A stretch of DNA of 24,962 bases from Deltaproteobacteria bacterium (GTDB lineage Bacteria; Myxococcota_A; Polyangia; Haliangiales; Haliangiaceae): positions 64,001-88,962 of the forward strand of contig JAHCIV010000002.1 of the NCBI GenBank assembly GCA_026129065.1. Direction: 5' to 3'. Every line of letters starts with the position of its first letter. Position 1 is the stretch's first letter. The translations under genes and the position numbers were made by a program. Below, piece by piece: positions 11,047-20,220 of the stretch. Below the pieces are notes generated by a model that saw only the letters and a list, made by a program, of their open reading frames with translations, had not been told where the DNA came from and searched no databases.

Positions 11047-11361
11047 ATGCCCCTGCGCGTGCGCGTGTGCACCATCGCCGACGTCGCCGCCGGCGAGCTG
11101 CGCGCGTTCCCGGTGCACGGCGTGACGTGGCCGGTGATCGTGACGATCGTCGACGGCGCGTTCGTCGCCGTCCCCGGCGTGTGCCCGCACGAGGACGTCG
11201 CCCTGTGGGAGGGCGACCTCGACGGGGGCGAGATCGTGTGCCCCGGCCACGGCTGGGGCTTCGACGTCCGCACCGGGCGCTGCAAGAGCGCACCCGGCCT
11301 CGAGCTGCGCCGCTACGCGATCACGCTCGTCGGCGACGAGATCTGGGTCGATCTCCTCTGA
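11047..11361 (+). CDS. Small Rieske [2Fe-2S] ferredoxin-like protein
   Basis: The 104-aa ORF has the two Rieske boxes CPHED (CxH) and CPGHGW (CxxH) about 19 residues apart. It starts 5 nt after the DppC stop and is probably co-transcribed. Confidence 0.7.
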   Translation: MPLRVRVCTIADVAAGELRAFPVHGVTWPVIVTIVDGAFVAVPGVCPHEDVALWEGDLDGGEIVCPGHGWGFDVRTGRCKSAPGLELRRYAITLVGDEIWVDLL

Positions 11362-11380
11362 GATCGCTTCCGACGTCGCG

Positions 11381-14134
11381 TTACTTGTACTCGGGCTCGA
11401 CGATCTTGACGTCCTTGATGCCGGCGTCGGCGAACGTCTTGTCGAGGTGCGCCTTGTCGCCGAGGACGACGATGACCTCGTTGTTCGGGTTGAGCTCCGT
11501 CGCGATCATCGCCCGCAGCTGCGCCGGCGACACGGCCGCGACCTGCTGGAGCAGCGTGTTGAAGTAGTTCGGCGGGAGGTTGTACGTCGAGATGAAGCCG
11601 AGGCGCTGCGCGAGCTCCGCGGTCACCGTCGACTCGCCGAGCAGCGTCGACAGGATCTTGCGGCGCGCGCGCACGAAGTCCTTCTCGAAGGTGTCGCCCT
11701 TGCGCAGCATCTCCACGCCCTCGCGGATCGCCTTCAGCGACTCGCCGCCGCGCTCGGCGTCGACGGTGCCGCCGATCGCGTAGGCCGCGGGGCCCTTGCG
11801 CGCGCGGCGACCGGCGTACACGCCGTACGTCGAGCCGAGCTTGAAGCGGACGTCGCCGACGCGGATGTTCATCATCTCCGCGAGCACCTGGCGCGCGCCC
11901 TCCTGGCCGTCGACGCCGGCGGGCGCGGGGTAGGCGATCCGGATCTCGAGCTGCGGCTCCTCCTTGCCGACGACGCCGACGAACGACGGCCCGGAGCGCT
12001 TGGGCGCGGTCGGATCGACGGGGCTCGCGACGGAGCCCTTGCCCCAGTCGCGGAACGTCGACTTCACGAGCTTCTCGGCGTACTTCGTGTCGAAGTCACC
12101 GGTGATGATCAGCGTCGCGTTCCCCGCCGTGTAGTGCGACTTGCGGAACGCGTCGAGCGTGTCCTTGTCGACCTTGTTGACCGCGTCGGCGGTGAGGACG
12201 CCGCTCTTCGTGTAGGGGTGATCGGGGCCGTACAGCGTCAGCAGGATCTGGCGCTCGAACTCGACCTGCTGTTGCGACTGCTTCGTCGCGAGCCGCCCCT
12301 TCACGATCTTCTGCCAGGACTCGATGCCGTCCTGGTTGTAGGTGCCCGCGTGGACCAGGCGCTCGAGCCCCTTCACCATGACCTCGAGGTAGATGTTGAT
12401 CCCGCTCGACTCGCACACGGTCGCGTCGCCGGCCGCCTCGCAATCGACGCTGATCCCCGTCTTGTCGAACGCGTCGGCGAACGGCATCTGGAGGAAGCGC
12501 GCCGCGGCGTCGGGCACCGCGCGGCTCGACGGGTAGCTCGCCGTGCCCGCGTTGTCGAACACGAGGCGCGTCGCGACGAGCGGCATCGACTTGAACGGCA
12601 AGAGGACGACCTTCATCCCGTTACCGAGCTCGAACCTCGACGCGCCGGACAGGCCCTTCAGCTCGGCGGCGAGCTTGATCGGCCGGCGCGCCTCCTCGGG
12701 GTTGATGTCCTCGACCTGCTTCTCCTCGTGCGACTTCGCGTCGAACTTGACGCGCGTGTTGCGCGTGTCGCCCTTCACGCCCTCCTTGTTCGGCTTGATG
12801 ACGATGATCCGCGCCTTGTCATAGTCGAGGTACTTCTTCACGACCGCGCCGACCTTCGCCGCGTCGAACTTGCCGATCTTGTCGAGCTCGTGGAACAGGT
12901 ACAGGTCCTGCGAGTCGAAGTTGAAGTCCTTCGAGAACTGCACGCGGTCCGCCACCTCGATCGTGCGCGCCGCGAGCTGCTCCATGCTCTGGATGAACGA
13001 GGCCTTGCGCTGGTTCCTCCACAGCTCCATGATCTCTTCGTTCGCCTCGTCGAACCCGCGGTACGCCTGCTTGATGGCCTTCTGCGTGAACTCGAGCGCG
13101 TCGTCGAGCTTGCCCATCCCCTTCAGCTCGATCGAGATCGCCGCGACCGGCGCGAGCTCGCCGCCGAGGATCGTGGGCGACACCGAGTACGCGAAGCCGT
13201 ACTCCTGACCCTTGCGCGCGATCTGCGAGAACATCCGGCCGAGGCCGAACCGGACCAGCTCGCCGTCGGGCGTGTTGTTCGGGGGGAGCGCGAACGCGAC
13301 GTGGACGCTCGCGCGCTCGACGTCGAGCTCGAACTGCTGCTTGCCCCGCGCGACGGCGAGCTGCTGCACGGGGACGCGCGGCGCGCCGGGGGCCTTCTTG
13401 AGCTTGCCGAACCACTTCTTGATCGCGTCCAGCGTCTTGTCGACGTCGATGCCGCCGGCGATGACGACGGTGGCGCGCTCGGGGACGTAGTAGTCCTTCA
13501 TGAACTTGCAGGCGTCCTCGAGCGTGATGCTCGTCAGCTGCTTGTCGTCGCCGCCGATCATGCGCTCGTAGGCGTGGCCGTGCGGGTAGATCGACGACAG
13601 GATCAGCTGCGGGATCTGGCCCTCGGCGGTGCCCGTGCGCTGGCGGATCTCGTTGCGGACGACCTCGCGCTCCCGGAGGAACTCCTCGTTGGAGATCGTC
13701 TGGCAGCCGTAGAACATCCGCATCGTCTCGATCTTGAGCATCGCGTCGAGGTTCTCGGCGCGCGCGGTGTTCATGTAGTGGGTCGTGTCCCAGTTCGTGT
13801 ACGCGTTGAAGAACGTCGTGAGCTCGTTGATGCTCTGCATGAGCGGCGCGGACTGCGCGCCGTCGGGCCGGAGCTGGAACATCAGGTGCTCGACGACGTG
13901 GGCCAGGCCCGCCTTGCCCGGCGGGTCCTCGCGCGACCCGACGTCGTAGCGGATGTCGACCTCGACGAGCTGCGTGCTCGAGTCCGGCATGAGCACGAAC
14001 TTGAGGCCGTTGGACTCGAGCTTGCCGCGGCGCTCGGCGTGGGTGAACGCGAACTTCGGCGCCTTCGGTTCGCAGGCGGGTAGCGCGCCGGCGGCGAGGG
14101 ACGCGGCGACCAGGAGGCCCCAGGGCTTGGACAT
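11381..14134 (-). CDS. Secreted tandem-unit M16 (pitrilysin/insulinase) family zinc peptidase
   Basis: The inverted zinc motif HVVEHLMF (HxxEH) lies near the N-terminus, and the ~900-aa length fits two M16 units. The probable start is the internal Met at 14134, giving MSKPWGLLVAASLAAGALPAC as a signal peptide. The track start at 14185 is the alternative. Confidence 0.8.
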   Translation of the reverse strand: MSKPWGLLVAASLAAGALPACEPKAPKFAFTHAERRGKLESNGLKFVLMPDSSTQLVEVDIRYDVGSREDPPGKAGLAHVVEHLMFQLRPDGAQSAPLMQSINELTTFFNAYTNWDTTHYMNTARAENLDAMLKIETMRMFYGCQTISNEEFLREREVVRNEIRQRTGTAEGQIPQLILSSIYPHGHAYERMIGGDDKQLTSITLEDACKFMKDYYVPERATVVIAGGIDVDKTLDAIKKWFGKLKKAPGAPRVPVQQLAVARGKQQFELDVERASVHVAFALPPNNTPDGELVRFGLGRMFSQIARKGQEYGFAYSVSPTILGGELAPVAAISIELKGMGKLDDALEFTQKAIKQAYRGFDEANEEIMELWRNQRKASFIQSMEQLAARTIEVADRVQFSKDFNFDSQDLYLFHELDKIGKFDAAKVGAVVKKYLDYDKARIIVIKPNKEGVKGDTRNTRVKFDAKSHEEKQVEDINPEEARRPIKLAAELKGLSGASRFELGNGMKVVLLPFKSMPLVATRLVFDNAGTASYPSSRAVPDAAARFLQMPFADAFDKTGISVDCEAAGDATVCESSGINIYLEVMVKGLERLVHAGTYNQDGIESWQKIVKGRLATKQSQQQVEFERQILLTLYGPDHPYTKSGVLTADAVNKVDKDTLDAFRKSHYTAGNATLIITGDFDTKYAEKLVKSTFRDWGKGSVASPVDPTAPKRSGPSFVGVVGKEEPQLEIRIAYPAPAGVDGQEGARQVLAEMMNIRVGDVRFKLGSTYGVYAGRRARKGPAAYAIGGTVDAERGGESLKAIREGVEMLRKGDTFEKDFVRARRKILSTLLGESTVTAELAQRLGFISTYNLPPNYFNTLLQQVAAVSPAQLRAMIATELNPNNEVIVVLGDKAHLDKTFADAGIKDVKIVEPEYK

Positions 14135-14138
14135 GGAG

Positions 14139-14158
14139 CGGGATCTTTTCCAATCCCG
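14139..14158. promoter_or_regulatory. Hairpin cgggat-cttttcca-atcccg immediately 5' of the proposed M16 peptidase start codon (14134)
   Basis: Read directly: 6-bp perfect inverted repeat with an 8-nt loop, inside the divergent M16/POT intergenic region. It would overlap the ribosome-binding region of the 14134 start. Confidence 0.3.
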
Positions 14159-14268
14159 TCCCGTTTGCAAGCCACTCCTACTCACCTTCCCGAGGCGCCG
14201 CGTGGGGGGCTGCGACCGCGGGCGCGTCGCACCCCTAAACGGTTTTCACCTCGAGAGTCTTCGCGCTA

Positions 14269-15888
14269 GTGTCCGCGGCGATGACAAGCGACCCCGACCG
14301 CGCCTTCTTCGGACATCCGAAGGGGCTCGCCACCCTCTTCTTCACGGAGATGTGGGAGCGCTTCTCCTACTACGGGATGCGCGCGTTCCTGATCTTCTAC
14401 CTCGCCGCCCCGGAAGACCTCGGCGGCAAGGGCATGTTCGTCCTCAACAAGGCGGGCGAGCAGGAGCCGTCGGGTGCGGCCGGCGCGATCGTCGGCGTGT
14501 TCGGCGCCTCCGTCTACCTGCTGTCGCTGCCGGGTGGCTGGATCGCCGACCGCTTCATCGGCCAGCGCAAGGGCGTCATGATCGGCGGCTTCGGCATCGC
14601 GGCCGGCAACGCGCTCCTCGCGATCCCCGGCACCGGCGATCTGTTCTACGTGGGCCTCGTGTTGATCGCGCTCGGCACCGGGTTCCTGAAGCCGAACGTG
14701 TCGACGATCGTCGGCCAGCTCTACCGCCCCGACGACCTGCGCCGGGACGCCGGTTACACGATCTACTACATGGGCATCAACATCGGCGCGACGGCCGCGC
14801 CGATCGCGTGCGGCATCCTCGCCCAGGACCCTCAGTTCCGGGCGTTCCTCGCCGACTCGGGCATCAACCCGAACTACTGCTGGAACTTCGCGTTCGGCGC
14901 GGCGGCGGTCGGCATGGTCGGCGGCCTCATCTCGTACTCGGCCGGCCAGCGCGCGCTCGGCGACGCGGGACTGCACCCGACGATCCCCGACGATCCGGTC
15001 CGCGCCGAGCGCGACCGCAACATCCTCAAGGTCATCATCGGCGCGCTCGTCGCGCTCGCGGTGATCGTCGCCGCGACGGCGCCGTCGAAGAAGACCATCA
15101 CCGACGCGATGGGCGTCGGCCTCGGCCTCGGCTCGATCGCGCTGTTCTACGGCCTCTACCGGTCGGCGCGGGATGCGAGCGAGCGCCGGCGCATCATCGC
15201 GATGGTGCCGCTGTTCGTCGGCGCGATCGGCTTCTTCGGCATCTTCGAGCAGTCGCCGACGACGCTCAACATCTACGCGGAGAGCCACACCGAGCGCGAG
15301 TTCCTCGGGCTCAACATCCCGGCGAGCTTCTACCAGAGCGTCAACGGCTTCTTCATCGTCGCGCTCGCGCCGCTGTTCGCGTGGATCTGGGTCAAGCTCG
15401 CGCGCGCGAGGAAGGAGCCGACGAGCGTCAACAAGTTCGCGATCGGCATGGCGATCCTCGCGCTGTCGTTCGTGGTGATGCTGCCGTCGCTGGCGTCGAT
15501 CGACGCCGGCCAGCGCGTCTCGCCGATGTACCTGATCATGCTGTACTTGCTCTACACCTGCGCCGAGCTGTGCATCTCGCCGGTGGGCCTGTCGTCGATG
15601 TCCAAGCTCGCGCCGCAGCGGCTCGCCGGCATGGTGATGGGCACGTGGTTCCTGGGCACGTCGATCGGCATCTACCTGGCCGGCCGCGCGAGCGAGATCT
15701 CCGAGGTGCGCGGGTTCCGGTTCCTGTTCGTGTTCCTGATCGTGTGCTCGCTCGTGATGTCGGCCGCGCTGTTCCTGGTCGCGCCGATGATCCGCAGGAT
15801 GATGGGCAAGGAAGCGACGGCGACCTCCGAGCCGGCCGAGTTGCCGGTCGCGATCGCGAAGGAGATCCCGAAGGACAAGAAGAACTAG
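14269..15888 (+). CDS. POT/PTR2-family proton-dependent di-/tripeptide transporter (DtpT-like)
   Basis: The N-terminal motif FGHPKGLATLFFTEMWERFSYYGMRAFLIFYL is the PTR2 signature, and there are about 14 predicted TM segments. It diverges from the M16 peptidase. Confidence 0.85.
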   Translation: MSAAMTSDPDRAFFGHPKGLATLFFTEMWERFSYYGMRAFLIFYLAAPEDLGGKGMFVLNKAGEQEPSGAAGAIVGVFGASVYLLSLPGGWIADRFIGQRKGVMIGGFGIAAGNALLAIPGTGDLFYVGLVLIALGTGFLKPNVSTIVGQLYRPDDLRRDAGYTIYYMGINIGATAAPIACGILAQDPQFRAFLADSGINPNYCWNFAFGAAAVGMVGGLISYSAGQRALGDAGLHPTIPDDPVRAERDRNILKVIIGALVALAVIVAATAPSKKTITDAMGVGLGLGSIALFYGLYRSARDASERRRIIAMVPLFVGAIGFFGIFEQSPTTLNIYAESHTEREFLGLNIPASFYQSVNGFFIVALAPLFAWIWVKLARARKEPTSVNKFAIGMAILALSFVVMLPSLASIDAGQRVSPMYLIMLYLLYTCAELCISPVGLSSMSKLAPQRLAGMVMGTWFLGTSIGIYLAGRASEISEVRGFRFLFVFLIVCSLVMSAALFLVAPMIRRMMGKEATATSEPAELPVAIAKEIPKDKKN

Positions 15889-15897
15889 CTCGGCCGG

Positions 15898-17544
15898 CTA
15901 GCGCGTCGGCCACGCGCCCCAGTACGCGCGGGCCTCGGGTGGGACGCGGGCGAGGGCCCAGTCCCACACCGGCTCGGTGACGAGGACGAGGCCGTTCGGG
16001 TGGCGCGGATGGGCGCCGAGGGGCGGCGGCAGCGGCGCCGCGCGCGCGTCGAGCAGGGCCTCGTCGAGGGGCGAGCCGGCCTCGATCCACGCGAGCGGCA
16101 GGATGCGCACGCGCGACGCGGCCGGGACGTCGTCGGGGCGGATGCGGATCGGCGCGCGCGTGTACCACGCGACCATGAACGCGATGTGGCGCTCGGGGAC
16201 GATCGCCGTCGCGCCGGCCGGGATGCGCGGGCCGAGCGCGAGCACGCTCGTCACGAGCGCCGGGTGCACGACCACCTCGCCCTCGACGAGGCCCTGCTCG
16301 ACGCGGCCCTGCTCGACGCGGATCGGCCCGCCGCGGCGCGCGACGGCCTGCGTGCCGCGGTCGAGGAGGCCGAACGCGAGGAGCGCGAGCAGGAGCTCGC
16401 GGTGCGGGACGCGCGCGAGGGCGCGGCCGGCGAACATCGCCGCGCACAGCGCCATCGGGACGTACGCGGCGACGCGCAGGCGGAAGCCCAGGCCCTGCGC
16501 GTCGTCGACGGCGAGCCACGGCAGCCCGATGGCGAGCGCGAGGACGACGGCCGCCCACTCGATCGGCGCGCTCGTTTACGTTTGCTGCCCCGGCGCGGGT
16601 CGCGCGCGATCGCGAAGTCTGCGACGGCGGTGAGCGAGGGCGCGTTGCGCAAAAGGCGCCGCATGGGCGCACGAAGGTAACGGCGATCGCGAGGAGGGCG
16701 AGCACGGCGCCGATCACGCCTCGTGCCCCATCGCGAGCGTCGCGCGGTCGCTCGCGATGCCGGCGCGGTCCAGCGCGCGTCCGTGGTGAACGGCGCCGGC
16801 GACGAGGTCGACGTCGGCGGGCGATGGAAAGCGCTGTGGGAACAGCAGGCCGAGGACGAGCGCGACGGCGGCGAGCGCGGCGAGGTGGCGGCGGCGAACG
16901 CCATGCGCCGGAGTGGTCGAGGGCCCCGCGCGCGCGGGCCTCGGCGAGCGCGGCGAGCGCGGCCGCGACGACGATCGCCGCGGCCATCTTGCGAGCCCCG
17001 CCGCCAGCTTGTGGGTCGCGAGCGCGGCGGCCAGCCCGAGCGCGGCGGCGGCGACACGTCCGCGATCCGGACGCTCGAGCGCACGCAGCAGCAGCCACAC
17101 CGCGGTCAGCGCGACGGTCAGGCCGATGCTGTTCTTGACGAACTCGAGCGTCGCGTACATCGACCCGGCGCTCACCGTCGCGAGCGCGGCCGCGACCAGC
17201 CCCGCGCCGCGCCCGCCGCCGAGGCGCGCGCCGACGCCGTACGCCGGCACCGCGATCAGCGCGCCCCAGAACGCGGCGCCGAGCTTGGCGCCCACGATCG
17301 GATCCGTCGCGAGCGCGAACGGCGCCATCAGCCAGAACGCGAGCGGCGACGCCGGGTACGCGAGCGCGCCGCCGTCGAGCAGCGAGCGCAGCTGGATCGC
17401 GTAGAAGTAGCCGTCGATGCCGACGGGGTACGGCGTCGCGTCGAGCACCGCCCAGCGCTGGTGGAACGACCACCCCACGAGCAGCGCGAGCAGCGCGGCG
17501 ACGGCGGCGTGCGGGAGCTCCCGCCGGTAGGGTCCGTCGCTCAC
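15898..17544 (-). pseudogene. Probable disrupted gene for a polytopic membrane protein (GT-C/PMT-like architecture). It is split by an in-frame TGA and probable frameshift(s) into an N-terminal membrane part (16714..17544) and a C-terminal part (15898..~16560).
   Basis: ORF 16714..17544 encodes a multi-TM N-terminus (…AVLDATPYPVGIDGYFYAIQLRSLLDGG…). ORF 15898..16455 is in the same frame (coordinates congruent mod 3), and its frame is open and hydrophobic upstream to a TAA near 16563 (…APIEWAAVVLALAIGLPWLAVDDAQGLGFRLRVAAYVPMALCAAMFAG…). Between 16563 and 16716 the frame is broken by TGA at 16714-16716 and TAA, and a TM-like stretch appears in another frame. A lower-GC patch at 16560-16690 coincides with the break. 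Alternatively these are two separate genes, or sequencing errors. Confidence 0.4.
16291..16320. repeat. Perfect 2 x 15-bp tandem duplication (gccctgctcgacgcg)2, preceded by a degenerate third copy at 16279-16290
   Basis: Read directly. On the minus strand it encodes the duplicated pentapeptide RVEQG-RVEQG within the C-terminal fragment of the disrupted membrane-protein gene. Confidence 0.85.
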
Positions 17545-17568
17545 CCGCGGAACATAGACCGCGACGCG

Positions 17569-18135
17569 TCAGTCCGCGACGGCGGTGGCGCCGGCGCCGG
17601 ATCCGGACGCCGAGGCGACGCGCACCATGCACGTGCTCATCTGCTGGCCGAGGTCGGTGATCAGCTGCATCTCCTCGGCGGTCGGCTGGGGCGCCGGGTT
17701 GCGGGCTCCCTCCTTCGCCATCGCGGCCGCGTCCTTCGCGTAGGCCTCCATCACGCGCGTGGTGCAGTCCGTCGACGAGCACGCGCACAGCCTGTCGGCG
17801 GCCGCGCGCATCTTGTCGACCCAGCACGAGGTGCCGTCGCAGTCGCCGACCTCGATCTCGGGGAACAGCCGGGGCGCGCACTTCGCGGCGGCGTTCTTCG
17901 ACGTCGCCTCGTCGAGGCACTCCGCCTCGTCGAGGCCGATGCCCGCGTCCTTGCACATGGCCCGGTACTTCTCGACGGCGGGGGCGCGCGCCTCGGGCTC
18001 GGCGTAGTTGCCGAGCTCCCACGAGGTCATCTGCTCGGCGATCGGATCGCAGTCCGCCGGGATCTTGCCGACCGCGCGCGTCAACGCGTAGGCGGCGGTG
18101 ACGGCCACGAAGAACAAGAGGGCGATCTTCATCAT
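17569..18135 (-). CDS. Cys-rich secreted protein, function unknown
   Basis: The true start is the internal MMKIALLFFVAVTAAYALTRA signal peptide inside track ORF 17569..18759. The upstream part of that track ORF is antisense to queC. The ~165-aa mature protein has 11 Cys. Confidence 0.55.
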   Translation of the reverse strand: MMKIALLFFVAVTAAYALTRAVGKIPADCDPIAEQMTSWELGNYAEPEARAPAVEKYRAMCKDAGIGLDEAECLDEATSKNAAAKCAPRLFPEIEVGDCDGTSCWVDKMRAAADRLCACSSTDCTTRVMEAYAKDAAAMAKEGARNPAPQPTAEEMQLITDLGQQMSTCMVRVASASGSGAGATAVAD

Positions 18136-18195
18136 CGTCCCGGCTAGGACGCGCGAGCGGGCCGGCTTCTTGGGGCCGCGTGCTAACTTGCCGCC

Positions 18196-18870
18196 GTGCC
18201 AGGCGCCGTCGTCCTCCTCTCGGGAGGTCTCGATTCCACCACCGTCCTCGCGATCGCGCGGTCGGAGGGTTACACGTGCCACGCGCTGACCGTGCGCTAC
18301 GGGCAGCTCCACGAGGTCGAGCTCGCCGCGGCGCGGCGCGCGGCCGCCGCGCTCGGGGCCGCCGAGCACCGGGTGATCGACCTCGACCTCACGCAGCTCG
18401 CGCCGTCGGCGCTGACGGCCCGCGACATCGCCGTGCCGAAGGACCGCTCGCTCGCCGAGATCGGCGCTCCCGGCGACGTGCCGGCGACGTACGTGCCGGC
18501 GCGCAACACGGTGCTGCTCGCCCTCGCGCTCGCATGGGCCGAGTCGCTCTCGGCGCGCGACATCTTCGTCGGGGTCAACGTCCTCGACGCGAGCGGCTAT
18601 CCGGACTGCCGTCCGGAGTTCGTGCGCGCGTTCGAGGCGCTCGCGCAGGTCGCGACGCGCACCGGCGGCTTCTGCATCCACGCGCCGCTGATCGCGCTCG
18701 ACAAGGCCGGGATCATCCGGCGCGGGCTCGAGCTCGGCGTCGACTACGGCGCGACGCACTCCTGCTACGACCCCGTCGGGGACCTCGCGTGCGGCCGGTG
18801 CGACGCGTGCGCGCTGCGCCGGAAGGGGTTCGCCGAGGCGGGCGTTCCGGATCCCACGCGCTACGCCTGA
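18196..18870 (+). CDS. queC: 7-cyano-7-deazaguanine synthase
   Basis: It has the PP-loop [11 protein letters not shown] and the C-terminal zinc-binding Cys cluster [16 protein letters not shown], with QueC length (224 aa). Confidence 0.9.
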   Translation: MPGAVVLLSGGLDSTTVLAIARSEGYTCHALTVRYGQLHEVELAAARRAAAALGAAEHRVIDLDLTQLAPSALTARDIAVPKDRSLAEIGAPGDVPATYVPARNTVLLALALAWAESLSARDIFVGVNVLDASGYPDCRPEFVRAFEALAQVATRTGGFCIHAPLIALDKAGIIRRGLELGVDYGATHSCYDPVGDLACGRCDACALRRKGFAEAGVPDPTRYA

Positions 18871-18896
18871 CCCGGGTGGTGCACTAAGCTCGCGCC

Positions 18897-20183
18897 GTGC
18901 CCGGCGACAGCCTCGACAACCTCGACGACTTCCTCGCGTTCCTGCACGCCTCGCCGACGCCGTTCCACGCGGTCGTCGAGGCGCGCCGCCGCCTCGAGGC
19001 GGCGGGCTTCCGCGCGCTCGGCGAGGCCGATGCGTGGGACGGCCTCGCGCCCGGCCGCTACCACGTCACGACGAGCGAGACGAACCTCATCGCGTTCGTC
19101 CTGCCGCCCGGCGCCGAGGGGCGCACGCGCTACCGCATCGTCGGCGCGCACACGGACAGCCCGAACCTGCGCCTGAAGCCGCATGCCGAGTACACGTCCG
19201 AGGGGTACGCGCAGCTCGGCGTCGAGGTCTACGGCGGGGCGCTGCTCAACTCGTGGCTCGACCGCGACCTCGGCATCGCCGGCCGCGTGATCGTGCGCGA
19301 GGGTGACAAGGAGGGCGAGGGCTTCGCGAGCCATCTGGTGCGCCTCGACAGGCCGCTCGTGCGCGTGCCGCAGCTCGCGATCCACCTCGACCGCGAGGTC
19401 AACGAGAAGGGGCTCGTGCTCGACCGCCAGAACCACCTCGCGCCGGTGTGGGGGCTCGCCGGCGGGCCAGCGCTGTCGCAGCTCGTCGCCGACGCGATCG
19501 GCGTCGCGCCCGACCGCATCGCGGCGAGCGACCTCATGCTCCACGACGCGGTGGCGCCGGCGATCGGCGGCGCGTCGAACGAGCTCCTGTTCTCGGCCCG
19601 CCTCGACAACCTCGCGATGTGCCACGCCTCGATCACGGCGCTCGCCGCCGCCGCGCCGGGCGCGCAGTCGATCGCCGTCGTGGCGCTGTTCGATCACGAG
19701 GAGGTCGGCAGCAACAGCGCCGCCGGCGCGGGGAGCTCGACGCTGCCGCGCATGCTCGAGCGCCTGGTGCCGTCGCGCGAGGCGTTCCACCAGGCGTGCG
19801 CGCGCTCGACCTGCGTGTCGGCGGACATGTCCCACGCCGTGCACCCGAACTATGCGAGCCGGCACGAGCCGCGGCACAAGCCCGTCCTCAACGGCGGCCC
19901 GGTGATCAAGACGAACACGCAGCAGCGCTACGCGACGAACGCGGCGACGGCGGCGATGTTCGCGCGCCTGTGCCGCGACGAGGACGTGCCGGTGCAGCAC
20001 TACGCGCACCGCACCGACCTGCCCTGCGGCAGCACGATCGGCCCGATCACGTCGACGCTCCTCGGCATCCCCACCGTCGACGTCGGCAACCCGATGCTGT
20101 CGATGCACTCGGCGCGCGAGATGGCGGGGACGCGCGACCCGGCGCTCATGAACCGCGTCCTCGCCCGCTACCTGCGCAGCTGA
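18897..20183 (+). CDS. M18-family aminopeptidase (aspartyl aminopeptidase-like)
   Basis: Signatures ...RIVGAHTDSPNLRLKP..., ...LFDHEEVGS... and ...HSAREMAG... are characteristic of M18/ApeB aminopeptidases. The ORF is 428 aa. Confidence 0.85.
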   Translation: MPGDSLDNLDDFLAFLHASPTPFHAVVEARRRLEAAGFRALGEADAWDGLAPGRYHVTTSETNLIAFVLPPGAEGRTRYRIVGAHTDSPNLRLKPHAEYTSEGYAQLGVEVYGGALLNSWLDRDLGIAGRVIVREGDKEGEGFASHLVRLDRPLVRVPQLAIHLDREVNEKGLVLDRQNHLAPVWGLAGGPALSQLVADAIGVAPDRIAASDLMLHDAVAPAIGGASNELLFSARLDNLAMCHASITALAAAAPGAQSIAVVALFDHEEVGSNSAAGAGSSTLPRMLERLVPSREAFHQACARSTCVSADMSHAVHPNYASRHEPRHKPVLNGGPVIKTNTQQRYATNAATAAMFARLCRDEDVPVQHYAHRTDLPCGSTIGPITSTLLGIPTVDVGNPMLSMHSAREMAGTRDPALMNRVLARYLRS

Positions 20184-20220
20184 TCGCGCTCGCGCCCCGC
20201 CGTAGTATGCTGCGCCCGCG

